Of a stretch of DNA of 64,000 nt, positions 1 to 15,239 are shown one piece after another. The stretch is from Octopus vulgaris (lineage: Eukaryota): contig OX597823.1 in NCBI GenBank assembly GCA_951406725.2, positions 84,444,001-84,508,000 of the forward strand, read 5' to 3'. The translations under genes and the position numbers were made by a program. Position 1 is the first letter of the stretch. Each line of letters begins with the position of its first letter. The notes under the pieces were generated by a model. That model made no database searches, had not been told where the DNA came from, and saw only the letters and a list, made by a program, of their open reading frames with translations.

Positions 1-639
1 AGGTATGTATTTATGTACGTATGTATATCTTCTCTTAATCAAGCGCTTCTGAACAATGTTATTTGTATGTTTTCAACAACCGAACGCGTTCGCCATATTT
101 CCGATCGAGAGACTATCAAGAGGCGTTTCTACAAACGGTTTGAGGAAGCCAGTGTCGTGTCGGTGTAGACGGTCTTGGTGAGATTTTCTTGAACAGTAAT
201 TCAGAAAATGCTAGACTAATACAGAATGTCTGTCTTGGTATCGGATATTGAGGTGCCGGATGTAGGTTTAAATATACTGTCCTTTGTAAAAATGCTGACT
301 TCGATGTGAAATGCTCACTTCGTTGCTCACTTGATAGAATATTCGTAACGTACATATATTTTATGTCCATCACTCTCTCTTTCTCTCTCTTGCTCTCACA
401 CGCTGTCTCTGTCTCTCTATCAGTCTCTCTCTGTCTCCCTCTCTATCTCTGTCTGTCTGTGCGTTTCTCTCTCGTAAATGCAGGAACGAAATTTCAAACA
501 CTGGTCTTCTTCTTCTGCTCCTCTTCCTCTTCTTCTGCTTCTGTTCCACTTCCTCTTCTTCCTCGCCGTCATCGTCGTTGTTATTTTTATTTGTAGTAGT
601 AGTAGTAGTAGTATTAGTAGTAGTAGTAGGAGGAGGACG

Positions 640-860
640 GTGGAAAGCTGGTAGAATCGTTAGCACACCAGGCAGAATAGAATGCATAGCGGCATTTCGT
701 CCGCTTTGACGTTCTGAGATCAAATTCCACCGAGGTCCACTTTACCTTTCATTCTTTTGGGTTCGATAAATTAAGCACCAGTCGAGCACTGGGGTCGATG
801 TAATCAGTTTAACCCCACTCCAAAAGTTGCTGGCCTTGTGACAAGATTTGAAACTATTAT
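640..860 (+). mobile_element. tRNA-derived SINE, family A (diverged copy)
   Basis: gctggtagaatcgttagcac head, B-box-like gagatcaaattcc, and body cctttcattcttttgggttcgataaattaagcaccag. Homologous to copies at 24280, 30077 and 54167. Confidence 0.8.
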
Positions 861-1223
861 TATATTTGCACACCAATCAAATCAGGTAAAACCTGTAATG
901 GAAAATAATGTTTGAAATTAGTAAAAAAGAATGTTTCTACAGTCAATCGTTTTAGCGATGAAATTTTATGTAAAGACGTTCAATATTATACTCCCTCTTT
1001 TAACAAAAGGCAATCACGATGTGACGATACAGGCTGTGCTCCATCATGGCCACAACATTTGGATTGAAACGCTTAAAAAATATATATACATATATAATTA
1101 GGCGTATGTGTATACACACACAGATGCACATACACGCACACACACGTGTGTGTGTGTGTGTATTTGTCTCTGTGTATTTCTCTCACTCTCCCCGTGTATA
1201 TAATATATATATATATATATATA

Positions 1224-1621
1224 CTAGCAGTATCGCCCGGCGTTGCTCGGGTTTGTAAGGGAAATAACTATATAAGCATTTTTAGAGATGTAAAGTATAA
1301 TAGCCATCACAATATGGCTAGCCACAAAGGGGGGGGGGTGTTACTGTAGCTTTTTACGTTCTGAGATTTAATAATAAATTTTTAGAGAGTTACTTCCCTT
1401 ATATATGCAAAAAATGCATTAAAAATGGGAAAAATTGATGGTAAATTTTTAAAAAATCGTAGACTCATCGTAGACGCGCGCTAATACCCAGAAGGGCTCG
1501 ATGTGAATCACGACTATAAGTTACCCGGTTGTGGTTAAACTGCACCGCAAAATGTGGGAGTAGTTAGGAATCTAAATCGTATAAGACAGACAGCACACAA
1601 CCTCTCTTTTATATATAAAGA
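1224..1621 (-). mobile_element. Non-autonomous Helitron, complete ends
   Basis: Minus strand starts TC(tttatatataaaag) at 1621-1620 and ends CTAG at 1227-1224. A GC hairpin cccgagcaacgccggg (1236-1251) lies about 8 nt before the end. Inserted between A and T in a (TA)n tract, no TSD. Confidence 0.85.
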
Positions 1622-1639
1622 TATATATATATATTGGAC

Positions 1640-2783
1640 TCATAAAAGGTGCAGCAATATCAGAGGAAGGTTAACAGGGAAACTAACTTTTGTATGTGGA
1701 AGATTACAGGTGCAATAAACGCTGTAAATGGGCAGAAAGTAGACTTCATCAACTGCCAGAGTGGCAAGCTAGACGTAGTGAATAGTTTCCGTTATCTAGG
1801 TAACCAAGGTAGTAGTGGAGGTAGATACTCCGAGAACGTTGCTGTGAGAATAAAATTAGGCTGGGCAAAGTTTACAGAGCTCCTACCCCTGCTGGGAAAA
1901 AAAGGGTCTCGCTCTCAGAGTGAAAGCAGATTGTTTGATGCCTGCGTGGAAACAGCTATACTTCATATCAGTAAAACATGGGCTGTGACAGCCGAGGACA
2001 TGCGTAGGCTTGAAAGAAATGAAGCCAGTATATTTCGCTGGATGTGCAATTTCAGTGCCCATGTTCAATAGAGTGTAAGCATCTTAAGAGGCACCAGATA
2101 TGGTATGCAAAAGAGACAAATGCATTCGTATAGTTATGTGATGTGTATGGACGAGAAAAGCTGCATAAAGAAGTTCCGATCTCTTACTGTGGAAGGAACC
2201 TGTGGTAGAGGTAGAGCAAAGAGAAATGGGACGAGGTGGTGAAGCATAATTTTCGAACTTTGAGCATCACAGAGGCAATGTCTAGTCACAATGTCACAGA
2301 GACAATGTCAGAGGCAATCACCGAGACCTTTGGCGATGTGCTGTGCTTGAGAGGACTCCTCAAATCAAGTGCACCGGTGCTGGTGTCACATAAAGAACAC
2401 CTTTCTAGCGTTGGGCCTCACGGAGGCGAAGTGGCTGAGGTCCTTTGAGTGTTGGGCGTCACGGAGCTAATGACCAAGGCTTTTGGCGTTATCGCTTGCT
2501 TGAGAAAACCCATCAAGCCGAACAAAATCACAGTCGTGGCAGACACCGTGTCACGCAAATTGGCACCCGTGCCAGTGGAACATCAAGTAACCCCGTTGCA
2601 CGTAAAAGCACCCATTACACTCTCGTAGTGGTTGGTGTTAGGAAGGGCATCCAGCCGTGGAAAACCATGCCAAATCAGACTGGAGTTTGATGCAGCCTTC
2701 CAGCGTGCCAGCCCAGTCAAACCGTCCAACTTATGCTAACATTGACAACGCACGTGAAACGATGCTGCTGATGATGTTGATGA

Positions 2784-2788
<5 letters not shown>
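1640..2788 (+). mobile_element. 5'-truncated RTE-clade LINE (RT C-terminus, 3' UTR, (GAT)n tail)
   Basis: ORF 1649-2071 reads VVNSFRYLG...RIKLGWAKFTELLPLL...RLFDACVETAILHISKTW...RRLERNEASIFRWMC, typical of the RTE post-RT region. Ends cgtgaaacgatgctgctgatgatg. Confidence 0.85.
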
Positions 2789-2814
<26 letters not shown>

Positions 2815-2816
<2 letters not shown>

Positions 2817-2992
2817 AGCGATGCTGGTGTGTTTACGTCCCCGTAACTTAGTTGTTCGGTAAAAGAGGCCGATAGAATAAGTACTAGGCTTACAAAGAAT
2901 AAGTCCTGGGGTCAATTTGCTCGACTAAAGGCGGTGCTCCAGCATGGCCACAGTCAAATGACTGAAACAAGTAAAAGAGTAAAGACTAAGAG
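2815..2992 (+). mobile_element. SINE family B, 3' half
   Basis: gatgctggtgtgtttacgtccccgtaactta ... ggcggtgctccagcatggccacagtcaaatgactgaaacaagtaaaagag. Confidence 0.85.
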
Positions 2993-4049
2993 TATATGTT
3001 TTAATGTATGAAGTTACATATCTTCACGGCGTTGTTTTAGTATGTTAACCGTTTCGATTGTGCCTGTGATTTGAACACAAATCCAGAATAATATGGAACT
3101 GCTCCCTATCTTCATCTATGTCTGTCTGTCTGTCTCGCTTTCTCTCATGTTTTCTCTTTCTATTCTTTCACTGATTCCACCATTTCCGTTTCTCTCTTTG
3201 TCTCCCCTTCTCCCTGTATGTATTTATTTTTCCGTTCGTAACGCACGGACAAAACAGACAAGACCACAAGAGCATATTATAGATGATGTTCAAGAAGATT
3301 GAGTTTATTAGCTACTGTGTATAATGCAATTAATGCTAAATTGGATAATCTAAATGTCAATGGGAAATATTGTAATGGAAAAATTATTTCTTAATGGTAA
3401 AAATTAATTGTATGAAAAATAAAGCTAATTTTTTCCATTTTGTAAAAAGTATATTTATATGAAAAACGAAAGAAATATATTGTGACAATTATGTTATTCT
3501 CTATGATAAAATATTTAATTTGAGTGAAAATAAATAATTTAATAAGTAATTGTTTATGAATTTATGTTTCTATTGAGAGAAATATTTATTAAATATATAT
3601 GATATAAAAAGAGAAATTTATATGAAAAATTTATATTTATATGAAGGTGGGGATAAATGCTTTAAAAACATATCTGACTTTTTTACTACAACACAAAATG
3701 CAATAGATGTACAGCGGAAAAGATGATAAAATTTGTAACATAAAGAAGGAATTAATGCATTTAAACAACCTTAAGAACGTTTAAAGACATTAATATATTA
3801 CATCCAAAACTGAAATGCTATGAAGGTAGTTATTTGTTTAGTTAAACAAATTACATTTAGATACAAGTCTGTCAAGTTCCACAGGTCCCATAAGGCCGTT
3901 ACTTAACTTGGTTTCTATTGTGCATAAATGGCTGAGACTACAACTCCGCCCTTGAACGGGACGAAGGTTCGTCACAGGTTTAACTTTCCAGCTATTGTTG
4001 TGAAGCGTTTGCATTTCACATCACCTGAAGGGTCTTCGTCTAATAAATC

Positions 4050-4183
4050 GAGCCCAGGATTACTTTTAAAGGTTGCTGCTTATTCTGTTCGTTTTCTTTT
4101 ATTGAGCTGCTTAGTTATGGCAACGGAAACAAAACAACACTGGTTGCCGTGCAGCATGGGGTAGGGGACACACAGACACAAGC

Positions 4184-4250
<67 letters not shown>

Positions 4251-4420
4251 CACACGTAAAAGCACATACACACACGTAAGTCGGGATTCCACGCAGTCTC
4301 TTTGTACCATTGGTCGACCCAGGGCTATTGTAGAAGCCCTTTGTCTAAGGTGCCATGCATTGGGACTGAACCCGAAGCTCACTGGTTGCACAGTGAGCTT
4401 CTTAAAAAAACCATGCCAGT
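4050..4420 (-). mobile_element. SINE family B (diverged) with internal (CA)n
   Basis: Reverse-complement match to the family B head (ggtgccatgcattgggactgaaccc) and body. Confidence 0.7.
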
Positions 4421-5164
4421 GCTTAATTACGATATACATTAGGGTTAATAGGCGATTATTTACATCGAAGATAAATCATTTAAAGTAATACAATTAGTTA
4501 AGGCAAAAGTGTAAGTTCTACAGATAGGGAAGGCGAGGATACTAGACGTATAAAATAGACCTGCTCAAATCTGTAAGAATTTGAATGAGTGAAAAGGGGG
4601 AAGAAACCCGGCTCATATCATTTTCATGTTCTGAAGGCCTTATGTTTACAAGATGAGACTCATTGCGGATGAGAGGAGATTTCATGTGATTCTTAGGTAC
4701 GTAGCGAACGCGGTTTGTTATTGTGCGTATATGAATTTCCAAACGATGAAATTCACTACTTTATCTAAAAAGAATTGTTAGTAGACTTAAAAGTCCAATT
4801 GTAACTCGATAGCGAGGTACAAGATTTTTTTTTTCATTTCGTGTTTCGAAACGTATTTGTGTGCTGATCAAAAGCTTTTTCGAAAGTGTTGGAGTGAATT
4901 GGATTTAATTTGCTGTTTATTGTTGCAAACTGGAAAAGAATTCTTGTCAGGGAGTTTCCTGAAAGTGGACAGTTGTGGTGTTGGCGCAATTAGAGTTTGT
5001 AATATTTGTCTAGTTAGCCTTGCTATCGAATTTAGATTAATTGTAACAACGAAGCTTGCGTAAAATCGTATATGTTGATTTTAATGCATTTTACTTAAGT
5101 TCTTAATTATACATGCATACATACATACGCGCGCGCGCACACACATACACGCACATATGTATTA

Positions 5165-5324
5165 GGCAGGCGTGGTTTTGTGGTAAGAAGCTTGCTTCTC
5201 AACCACGTGGTTCCGGATTCGGTCTCACTGCATGACACCTTGGGCAAGTGTCTTCTACTTTAGCCTCAGGTCGACCAAAGCCTTGTGAGTGGACTTGGTA
5301 GACGGAAACTGAAAGAAGCCCTTC

Positions 5325-5401
<77 letters not shown>

Positions 5402-5625
5402 TGTGTGTTTGTGTCTGCGTTCGTACCCCACCATCATTTGACAACCGATGTTGGTGTGTTTACGTTCCCGTAACTTAGCGGTTCGGCAAAAGGGACAGAT
5501 AGAATAAGTACCAAGCTTAGATAGCCTTAGGGTCGGTTTCTTCGACTCAAAAACCCTCTAAGGCGGTGCTCCAGCATGGCCGCAGTCAGATGACTGGAAC
5601 ATGTAAAAGAAAGAAAGTAAAAGAA
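5165..5625 (+). mobile_element. SINE family B, full length
   Basis: tRNA-like head (gtggttttgtggtaag ... ggttccggattcggtctc), CORE-like accttgggcaagtg, central (TA)n(TG)n, LINE-like tail ggcggtgctccagcatggccgcag. Confidence 0.9.
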
Positions 5626-5764
5626 TTATATATATGTATTTATAAAAAGTCAATAAAAGAAGTCTATATATTTGGTTTAAACCCAGTTGGTATCCTGATT
5701 GCTTTTTAACAAATATCGTGTGTGTGTGCGTGTGTGCGTGCGTGTTTGTGTGTGTATATAATGC

Positions 5765-6192
5765 ATTTTACTCTATTACGTGTTTCAGTCATTTGACTGT
5801 GGCCATGCTGGGGCACCGCCTCGCCTTTAGTCGAGCAAATCGACCCAAGTACTTATTCTTTGTAAGCTTAGTACTTATTCTATCGGCCTCTTTTGCCGAG
5901 CCGATAAGTTACGGGGATGTAAACACACCAGCATCGGTTGTCAAGCGATGTTGGGGGACAAACGCAGACACACAAACATACACACACACATACGCGCGCA
6001 CGCACACACACACACACACACACATATACGACGGGCTTCTTTCAGTTTCCGTCTACTAAATCCACTCACAAGGCTTTGGTCTGCCCGAAGCTATAGTAGA
6101 AGACACTTGCCTAAGGTGCCACACAGTGGGACTGAACCCGGAACCATGTCGTTGGTAAGCAAGCTACTTACCACACAGCCACTACTACGCCT
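5765..6192 (-). mobile_element. SINE family B, full length, inverted relative to the 5165 copy
   Basis: Reverse-complement match over the entire element. Confidence 0.9.
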
Positions 6193-7344
6193 AAGACATA
6201 TATAGTATTAGAGCAAAAAATGCTTTTGTAGTTGTTTAAAGGAATATTTAGCTACCGGGATTAGAATTTGGAAATTAAATAACAGATTATACTATTTTGC
6301 GCGCGTCTTCTACTTTTAATGTGTATTAATATTGTATTCGCATTATATTTTTACTTTTAAAATATGGCTACTTCTGCTGTGAGCTTCACTGTAGTAGTGA
6401 AATGCCTTGATAAAAACGTCTTCATTAATAAAACCAACAATTGATAATAAGAAAAGATTAAATAGAATAAATAAATTGAATCATAAGAACGCAACCAATT
6501 GAAAATGGAATAAAAAAAAAAACAATTGTCATTCTCAAAGTGTACGACAAGCTGATAGAAACCGCTTGGAGAAAGCAGTTCTAAATGCATACAATGTCAC
6601 TTTCTACTATTAACCAAAGCGGAATTGCTTTTATAAGTTCAAATCAATTTAAGAACAGATTCTATCAACATAATTATACATTTAGATCATTACAAAGATT
6701 AGACACAAACTAGTAGCACATATATGTGTTTTTATTTTAAATCAGCGGTATAACTCATATCATTAAATGGCGATTCTTAGATAAAGCACCAATTTATACG
6801 CAATCAAATATTTTCTGTAACCTTTTCACACTGGAAGCATATCGATCTTCAAAGATCAAACGAATTGATTGAATAGGTAGGCAGAGTTAATCTCTTTATG
6901 TTCTCACATACGTTGGTACCAACTTAAAATTTTTTACGTAATCGCATTTCTTTTTAAATAGTAATTCACGCCTAATTAGTAATAAAGTTAGTCACCTTCA
7001 TTATTCGATAAATTCGTATAGCAAAGACAAACATGGCGTCAAAGAAGACATATAAATGTATACTCGCATACATCGCAGCAGACACATGAGCAAACACACT
7101 CATGCACACACACACACACGCACGCACATGTACGCATGCACACACAGACACAGACACATACACACATACGGATGCATTTGTATTTGCGTATTTAGCTGAA
7201 TGTTTTGCAAGTGTAAATGTATGCAAAATGCATAATATATAAGTACATATATATATACATACATACGCATATATATGTAATATGTATGTATACTCACACA
7301 CACACACACATATATATATACATACAGACAAACACATCTATATG

Positions 7345-7398
<54 letters not shown>

Positions 7399-7779
7399 CA
7401 TACACACACATATATTCATGTATGTGCGTGTGTGTGTATAAACTCGTTAGGCCGAAGATTAGCGTCACGCTTGAAACTTGAAACACATACATATATATAT
7501 ATATATCTTCAGCAAGAATAGTATTGACTTTGACTTTCAATTTTCGGCTAGCAAAGCCATGGTCGGAGAGTCCGATGATTGCTTAGCTGGCCCAAGCTTC
7601 GAATTCATCGTCGATACTATTCTTGTAAAAGAATAATAAATTCGTATTCTACAAAAGTACAAAGTTATCCTTCAGATTCATGTAAAATTGTTTTTTATTA
7701 TAACTAAACACGAACACAAACATTTCTGTATAAACACACCTGTTTTTTCTCCAACCGTTCTTCATCCCACCATTTAAAA

Positions 7780-7925
7780 AAATCTCTCTTCATCTGTGTT
7801 CTCTCCCCATTTCTTACCGTAGAAGAGCGTAGACCCGAAACGTCGAAGGCTCTTCCATTTTTCTTGAGCGTTAAAATAATACATTTTGATTATTGTTTCA
7901 TCACCTGTCACTGTTTTTGATGTTT
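7780..7925 (+). mobile_element. Short HHR-bearing non-autonomous element (family H1, diverged)
   Basis: ccgtagaagagcgtagacccgaaacgtcgaag ... gagcgttaaaataatacatt ... cacctgtc. Homologous to 18490, 38870 and 50868. Confidence 0.6.
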
Positions 7926-7993
7926 CGAATAATTTTGAACAATATATAAATATATAAATATGTTGCATGCAGGGAAGATGGATGTTAAACGAT

Positions 7994-8066
<73 letters not shown>

Positions 8067-8259
8067 TTAATGAGGTTTGGAGGTGATGTACAGGTATTAT
8101 ATATTAGAAGAAATAAAGTACTCAGAAATCTGGATGGTTTTATATTTACATATTTTTATTAATATGTCACAAGTATTTATAAATCATATATTAGCGTTTG
8201 CATCCACTCTAGTGGATTCATCGGATTTTTATACATACATGCATACATACATATATATA

Positions 8260-8295
<36 letters not shown>

Positions 8296-8370
8296 TGTAT
8301 GTATGTATGTATGTATGTATGTATATATATAATGTGTGTGTATGTGTATGTGTATATATATGGATAGATA

Positions 8371-8700
8371 GAGAAATAGAAAAGATGAAAAGAAATAAGA
8401 TTTGTTTTACACCATTTAAGAGTATATTAAAGCCATGATAATAAAGACATACAATTTTGTACAAAATAAGGTTTTGTTCTTTCAACAGAATTGAAGTGAC
8501 GAGTGGTTTCGCTCGAGCAATTTCTCGCTTTCAACTCTCAGTTTGATGAGCAATGCGAAACCGATCCTTCTTCAATTATGTTGAAAGAACAAAACCTTAT
8601 TTTATACAAAATTGTAGAATTTCTTTATTATCATCGCTCTAATATACTTTTAAATCTTGAAAAACAAATCTTCTGTGATTTTTCATCTTCTCTCTTTCTC
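8371..8700. repeat. Fold-back element with about 125-bp inverted arms (8371-8496 / 8570-8700) around an HHR-like spacer
   Basis: acaattttgtacaaaataaggttttgttctttcaaca pairs with tgttgaaagaacaaaaccttattttatacaaaattgt. Confidence 0.8.
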
Positions 8701-8907
8701 TTCTTATATTCACCACATGTGTTTCCCCACTAAAATACTTTCTACCGTATACATATAAGAAATTTGAAAAGCTAAACGCGAAACCGGTCTTTCTTCTAAA
8801 TTATGTCATTGTAAGGAAAAAATTTTTTAATATTCTTCTGACATATTGACGCAAATATATATATTTTCTAACCTTTAAGCCCTCTGTAGTTCTTTCACTT
8901 TTTACTA

Positions 8908-8981
<74 letters not shown>

Positions 8982-9070
8982 AATCCAGAGATTCTCCTAC
9001 CCAAGTATTATATTAAATATATTTAATGTATCTAATTTGTTTATCCGCATAATTGCATCTCTCTCTCTCT

Positions 9071-9105
<35 letters not shown>

Positions 9106-9106
<1 letters not shown>

Positions 9107-9414
9107 TGTGGCGGACTGGGTCTAAAAATATTGGTTGCCAGGAGACTAATGCCTACCCGCAACTACTAGGGGGGCCCAGTCGCAACTACAATGCTATCAT
9201 TTAATTTTTTTTTCTTAAAAGTATTCTTTTCAACTGTCTAGAAACACAGCCAGGCTGAAATAATTAATGCATTCTTCCAGGAGTGAATAAAAAATTCTCA
9301 AACTTGAGAGGATGGGCTCCTCAGATACTAACATGACACCCATATATGGATCCTAATGGCGCAAGGGCCCCACATACCATCGTGCAAGCTAGCAACCCGG
9401 CCAGCCCGCCACCG
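9106..9414. mobile_element. hAT-like MITE
   Basis: Terminal inverted repeats ctgtggcggactgg / ccagcccgccaccg, inserted in (TA)n. Confidence 0.7.
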
Positions 9415-9655
9415 TATATATATATATACATGAACAAAATCAAATGTAGAAGCTAACAAGATAACAAGGGATGTTCTGCATTAATATTGGTAAGCTCCTG
9501 ATCAAACTTTCCAGGTAAATACGCAGACGTTTTAATCAATCAAACAATTTCACTAACGTATATACCACACCGTATACAAGTATATGCGCACATGAATATG
9601 TATATGTGTGTATGTTGATATGTCTATATATACATATACATACACACAAACTGAG

Positions 9656-9744
<89 letters not shown>

Positions 9745-9759
9745 GATAGATAGGTAGAG

Positions 9760-9790
<31 letters not shown>

Positions 9791-9812
9791 TAGGTAGAGA
9801 GATAGATAGATA

Positions 9813-9854
<42 letters not shown>

Positions 9855-9866
9855 GAGAGAGAGAGA
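9656..9866. repeat. (GATA)n/(GA)n microsatellite
   Basis: Direct reading. Confidence 0.95.
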
Positions 9867-10179
9867 CAAAGAGACAAAGGGATCTGCAAATGTTTTTGAG
9901 CAGAATTAAGATTCTTGATTCAATAGTATTATAGATCATGGTATTTTCAATAATTTTATTGTGAGTGACTTCGAAGTTGCAAGTTACCTATCCACACAGA
10001 TAGAGCGAGTGCCAGCCAAATGCTTTCGTAGCCATCTTCCTTTGGAGGTGTCACATCATTAGCGAACGGTGGAAAAACGGGGAGAGATTCAGGCGATGTA
10101 TTGTCTTCGAAACACATAAACATGGTAAAAAACTGAAGAAGTTGGCGCTAAAATATCTATTTGATATTTATGGGTACGT

Positions 10180-10460
10180 GCATTCATACCTTCAAGGGTC
10201 CACAACTGATCCACATTCTGCCAAACAACCTCAGAGATTTCCAAGGTGTAGATGTAAGGGCTCTCAAGAGAAAAAAAAAGCGTTTGGACAAATTTCTATT
10301 TCAGATCCCTGATGTACCTACATCGCAGCAGGGGACACAAAGAAGGGCAGTTCCGTTCGACTCTCTACTTCAATGGAAACTGTACAGAAAGGTGACCCAA
10401 TCGCACTGAAAGGCAGTGCTCCAGCATGGCCCTAGCTTCAGACCCAAGCCAGTTAAATAT
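10180..10460 (+). mobile_element. 3' end fragment of a CR1/L2-group LINE (same family as 40758-41668)
   Basis: FKGPQLIHILPNNLRDFQGVDV...LDKFLFQIPDVPT matches FRSPQLFNILPMNLRDLHGVDT...LDLFLSGVPDEPT. Tail ggcagtgctccagcatggcc. Confidence 0.8.
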
Positions 10461-10664
10461 GAAAGATACATACATACACAGGTTCATAGACACACACATA
10501 CACAAACATACACACAGGGGCGCACGTGTACTCACATACACAAGTATATATATGTATCTATGTACCTATGTATATGTATATAGATATGTATATGTATATA
10601 TACAAATCTACGTTGAGAAGAAAAAGGAGAATGGGGTGTGTGGTATGTACATATTTACAGTTAT

Positions 10665-10722
10665 ATTCCACTGATGAAGGCAGAGCATTTCTTATGAAGA
10701 GCCAGAAATCCGGATCTGGAAT
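10665..10722 (+). ncRNA. Minimal type I hammerhead ribozyme motif, canonical core
   Basis: attcca-CTGATGA-a-ggc[19 nt]gcc-a-GAAA-tccgga-TC-tggaat: 6-bp stem I, palindromic short stem III, predicted cut after AUC (C10716). Confidence 0.75.
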
Positions 10723-10959
10723 TATCCAGTAATTTTTTTTATGGTTTATTTTGTCTTTTTGTCTTCTCTCCTGGTGCTGTATGAACTGTTAATGTGGTTT
10801 TAGAGTCAAGTTTTGACTGCTATTTCCAGCGCGGTGCTGTCTTTTAGATACGCTAAGTTATAATTTTAAATAATTATTACCTTTGAAAGGATTTTATTCA
10901 CATGCCGGTCAGCTGATAAGATAGGTATTTAAATATCAATCTTATCCTTATTTATATAA

Positions 10960-11169
10960 ATTTATCTATGTACATATGCATATGTACATACATATGTTTG
11001 TACATATGTATATGTATATATATATACATATATATATGTATATACATGTATATATATATATATATATATATGTATACATGTATATATATATATATATCAA
11101 TCTTATCCTTATTTATATAAATTTATCTATGCACATATGCATATGAATATACATATGTTTGTACATATC

Positions 11170-11201
<32 letters not shown>

Positions 11202-11480
11202 ATACATATATATATATGCATATATACATATATGTATATATTCGGATATATATGTGTGTGTATATATGTGTATATATATATATATATATGTATGTGTGTA
11301 TATGTACATAGATATATCTATAAATATATATATATATTCGTATAAATTTATATATGTATATATAAATATAAATGTCTATATACATATGTATATAAATAAA
11401 TAACTATATATATATATATATATATATAATCATTCATATATACATACATTGATACATACATACAGACATACATATATACC
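10960..11480. repeat. Degenerate (TA)n/(TG)n/(TACA)n compound microsatellite
   Basis: Direct reading. Confidence 0.95.
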
Positions 11481-11899
11481 ATGTATATCCACTTGTTCAT
11501 AAAATTACATGATCTCTATATATATATTACTCACAGCCACATCCCCACGTGTGTAAGCGCAATTGAAGTCAACACAGATTACATAGATGCATGCGACAAT
11601 CAACGTTGTGCATTCGCTTCAGTTTCTGTGTCTGTGTGTGTGTTTTGCGTGTGCAGGAGATCGCCTGCGTGTGTGTGCTTGCGTGTATGTACATTTGTGG
11701 TTATGTATATGTGAATATATTAATGTGTGTGTGCGTGTGTTAGTCCGTGTGCGTGTGTGAGAGCATTCAGTTAATGACATTATTTTAGTTTTTCCAGACG
11801 TATTAACATACATAAGCGCGTATATATATACACGTACAGACACAGACATACACACACACACACACAACAACAACAACAACATATATGTATATATATATA

Positions 11900-12560
<661 letters not shown>

Positions 12561-12565
12561 TACAT

Positions 12566-12780
12566 GTGGAGGCGCAATGGCCCAGTGGTTAGGGCAGCGG
12601 ACTCGCGGCCGTAGGATCGTGGTTTCGATTCCCAGACCGGGCGTTGTATGTATTTATTGAGCGAAAACACCTAAAAGATCCCCGAGGCTCCGGCAGGGGG
12701 TGATGATCCCTGCTGTACTCCTTCACCACTCATTATGACCAGCGATGTGTAGCAACATCTGATGGTCTGGTCGGTCACTA
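12566..12780 (+). mobile_element. tRNA-derived SINE family C
   Basis: A box tggcccagtgg, B box ggtttcgattcc, body ttgagcgaaaacacctaaa. Other copies at 16326, 34055 and 53559. Confidence 0.85.
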
Positions 12781-12929
12781 CATATATATATACATTTATA
12801 TATACTTGGAAATAGATGCATGGCGCTCGATCATATAATAATATACATATAATATAATCGTATAATAATACCATATTTATATTTATGTATAACATTATAC
12901 GGGTGCATAAATGTATACATACATATGTA

Positions 12930-14791
<1,862 letters not shown>

Positions 14792-15239
14792 CATACATAA
14801 ATGTATACTCACACACACGCACACAGACACACGTCTATTCATATATTCTGTTATTCTTTTATTTTGTTTCATTCATTTGACTGCACCGTCTTAAAGCCTT
14901 TCTTAGTCGAAGAAATCGACCCCTGTAATTATTCTAAGCCTAACCCTTATTCAATCGGTCTTTTTGTCCAAGACGCTAAGTTACGTGAACTTAAACACAC
15001 CAGCATCGTATGTCACGTGACTGTGGTGGATCAAGCACACGTGATACATACATACATACATACATACACAAACCCAGATATATATGTGAGTGTGTGAGTG
15101 TGTGTGTGTGTACATATATATATACACACACACACACACACACCACACGCGTGCACACACTCATATATATATATATATACAGAGAGAGAGAGAGAGAGGA
15201 GGAGAGAGAGAGAGACAGACAGACAGAAAGTGAGATGGT

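Noticed and set aside
60-360. Unique sequence that could be a host exon (also 4500-5090, 6240-7080, 31440-31750)
   Set aside because: No recognisable protein motif or convincing splice-bounded open frame; cannot be excluded without transcript data.
10930-11170. Local duplication of about 60 bp flanking (TA)n (similar cases at 28450/28730 and 29245/29283)
   Set aside because: Explained by slippage or assembly error around microsatellites.
12566-12645. tRNA gene-like sequence with A and B boxes (also other SINE heads)
   Set aside because: No proper acceptor stem; it continues into a multi-copy SINE body.
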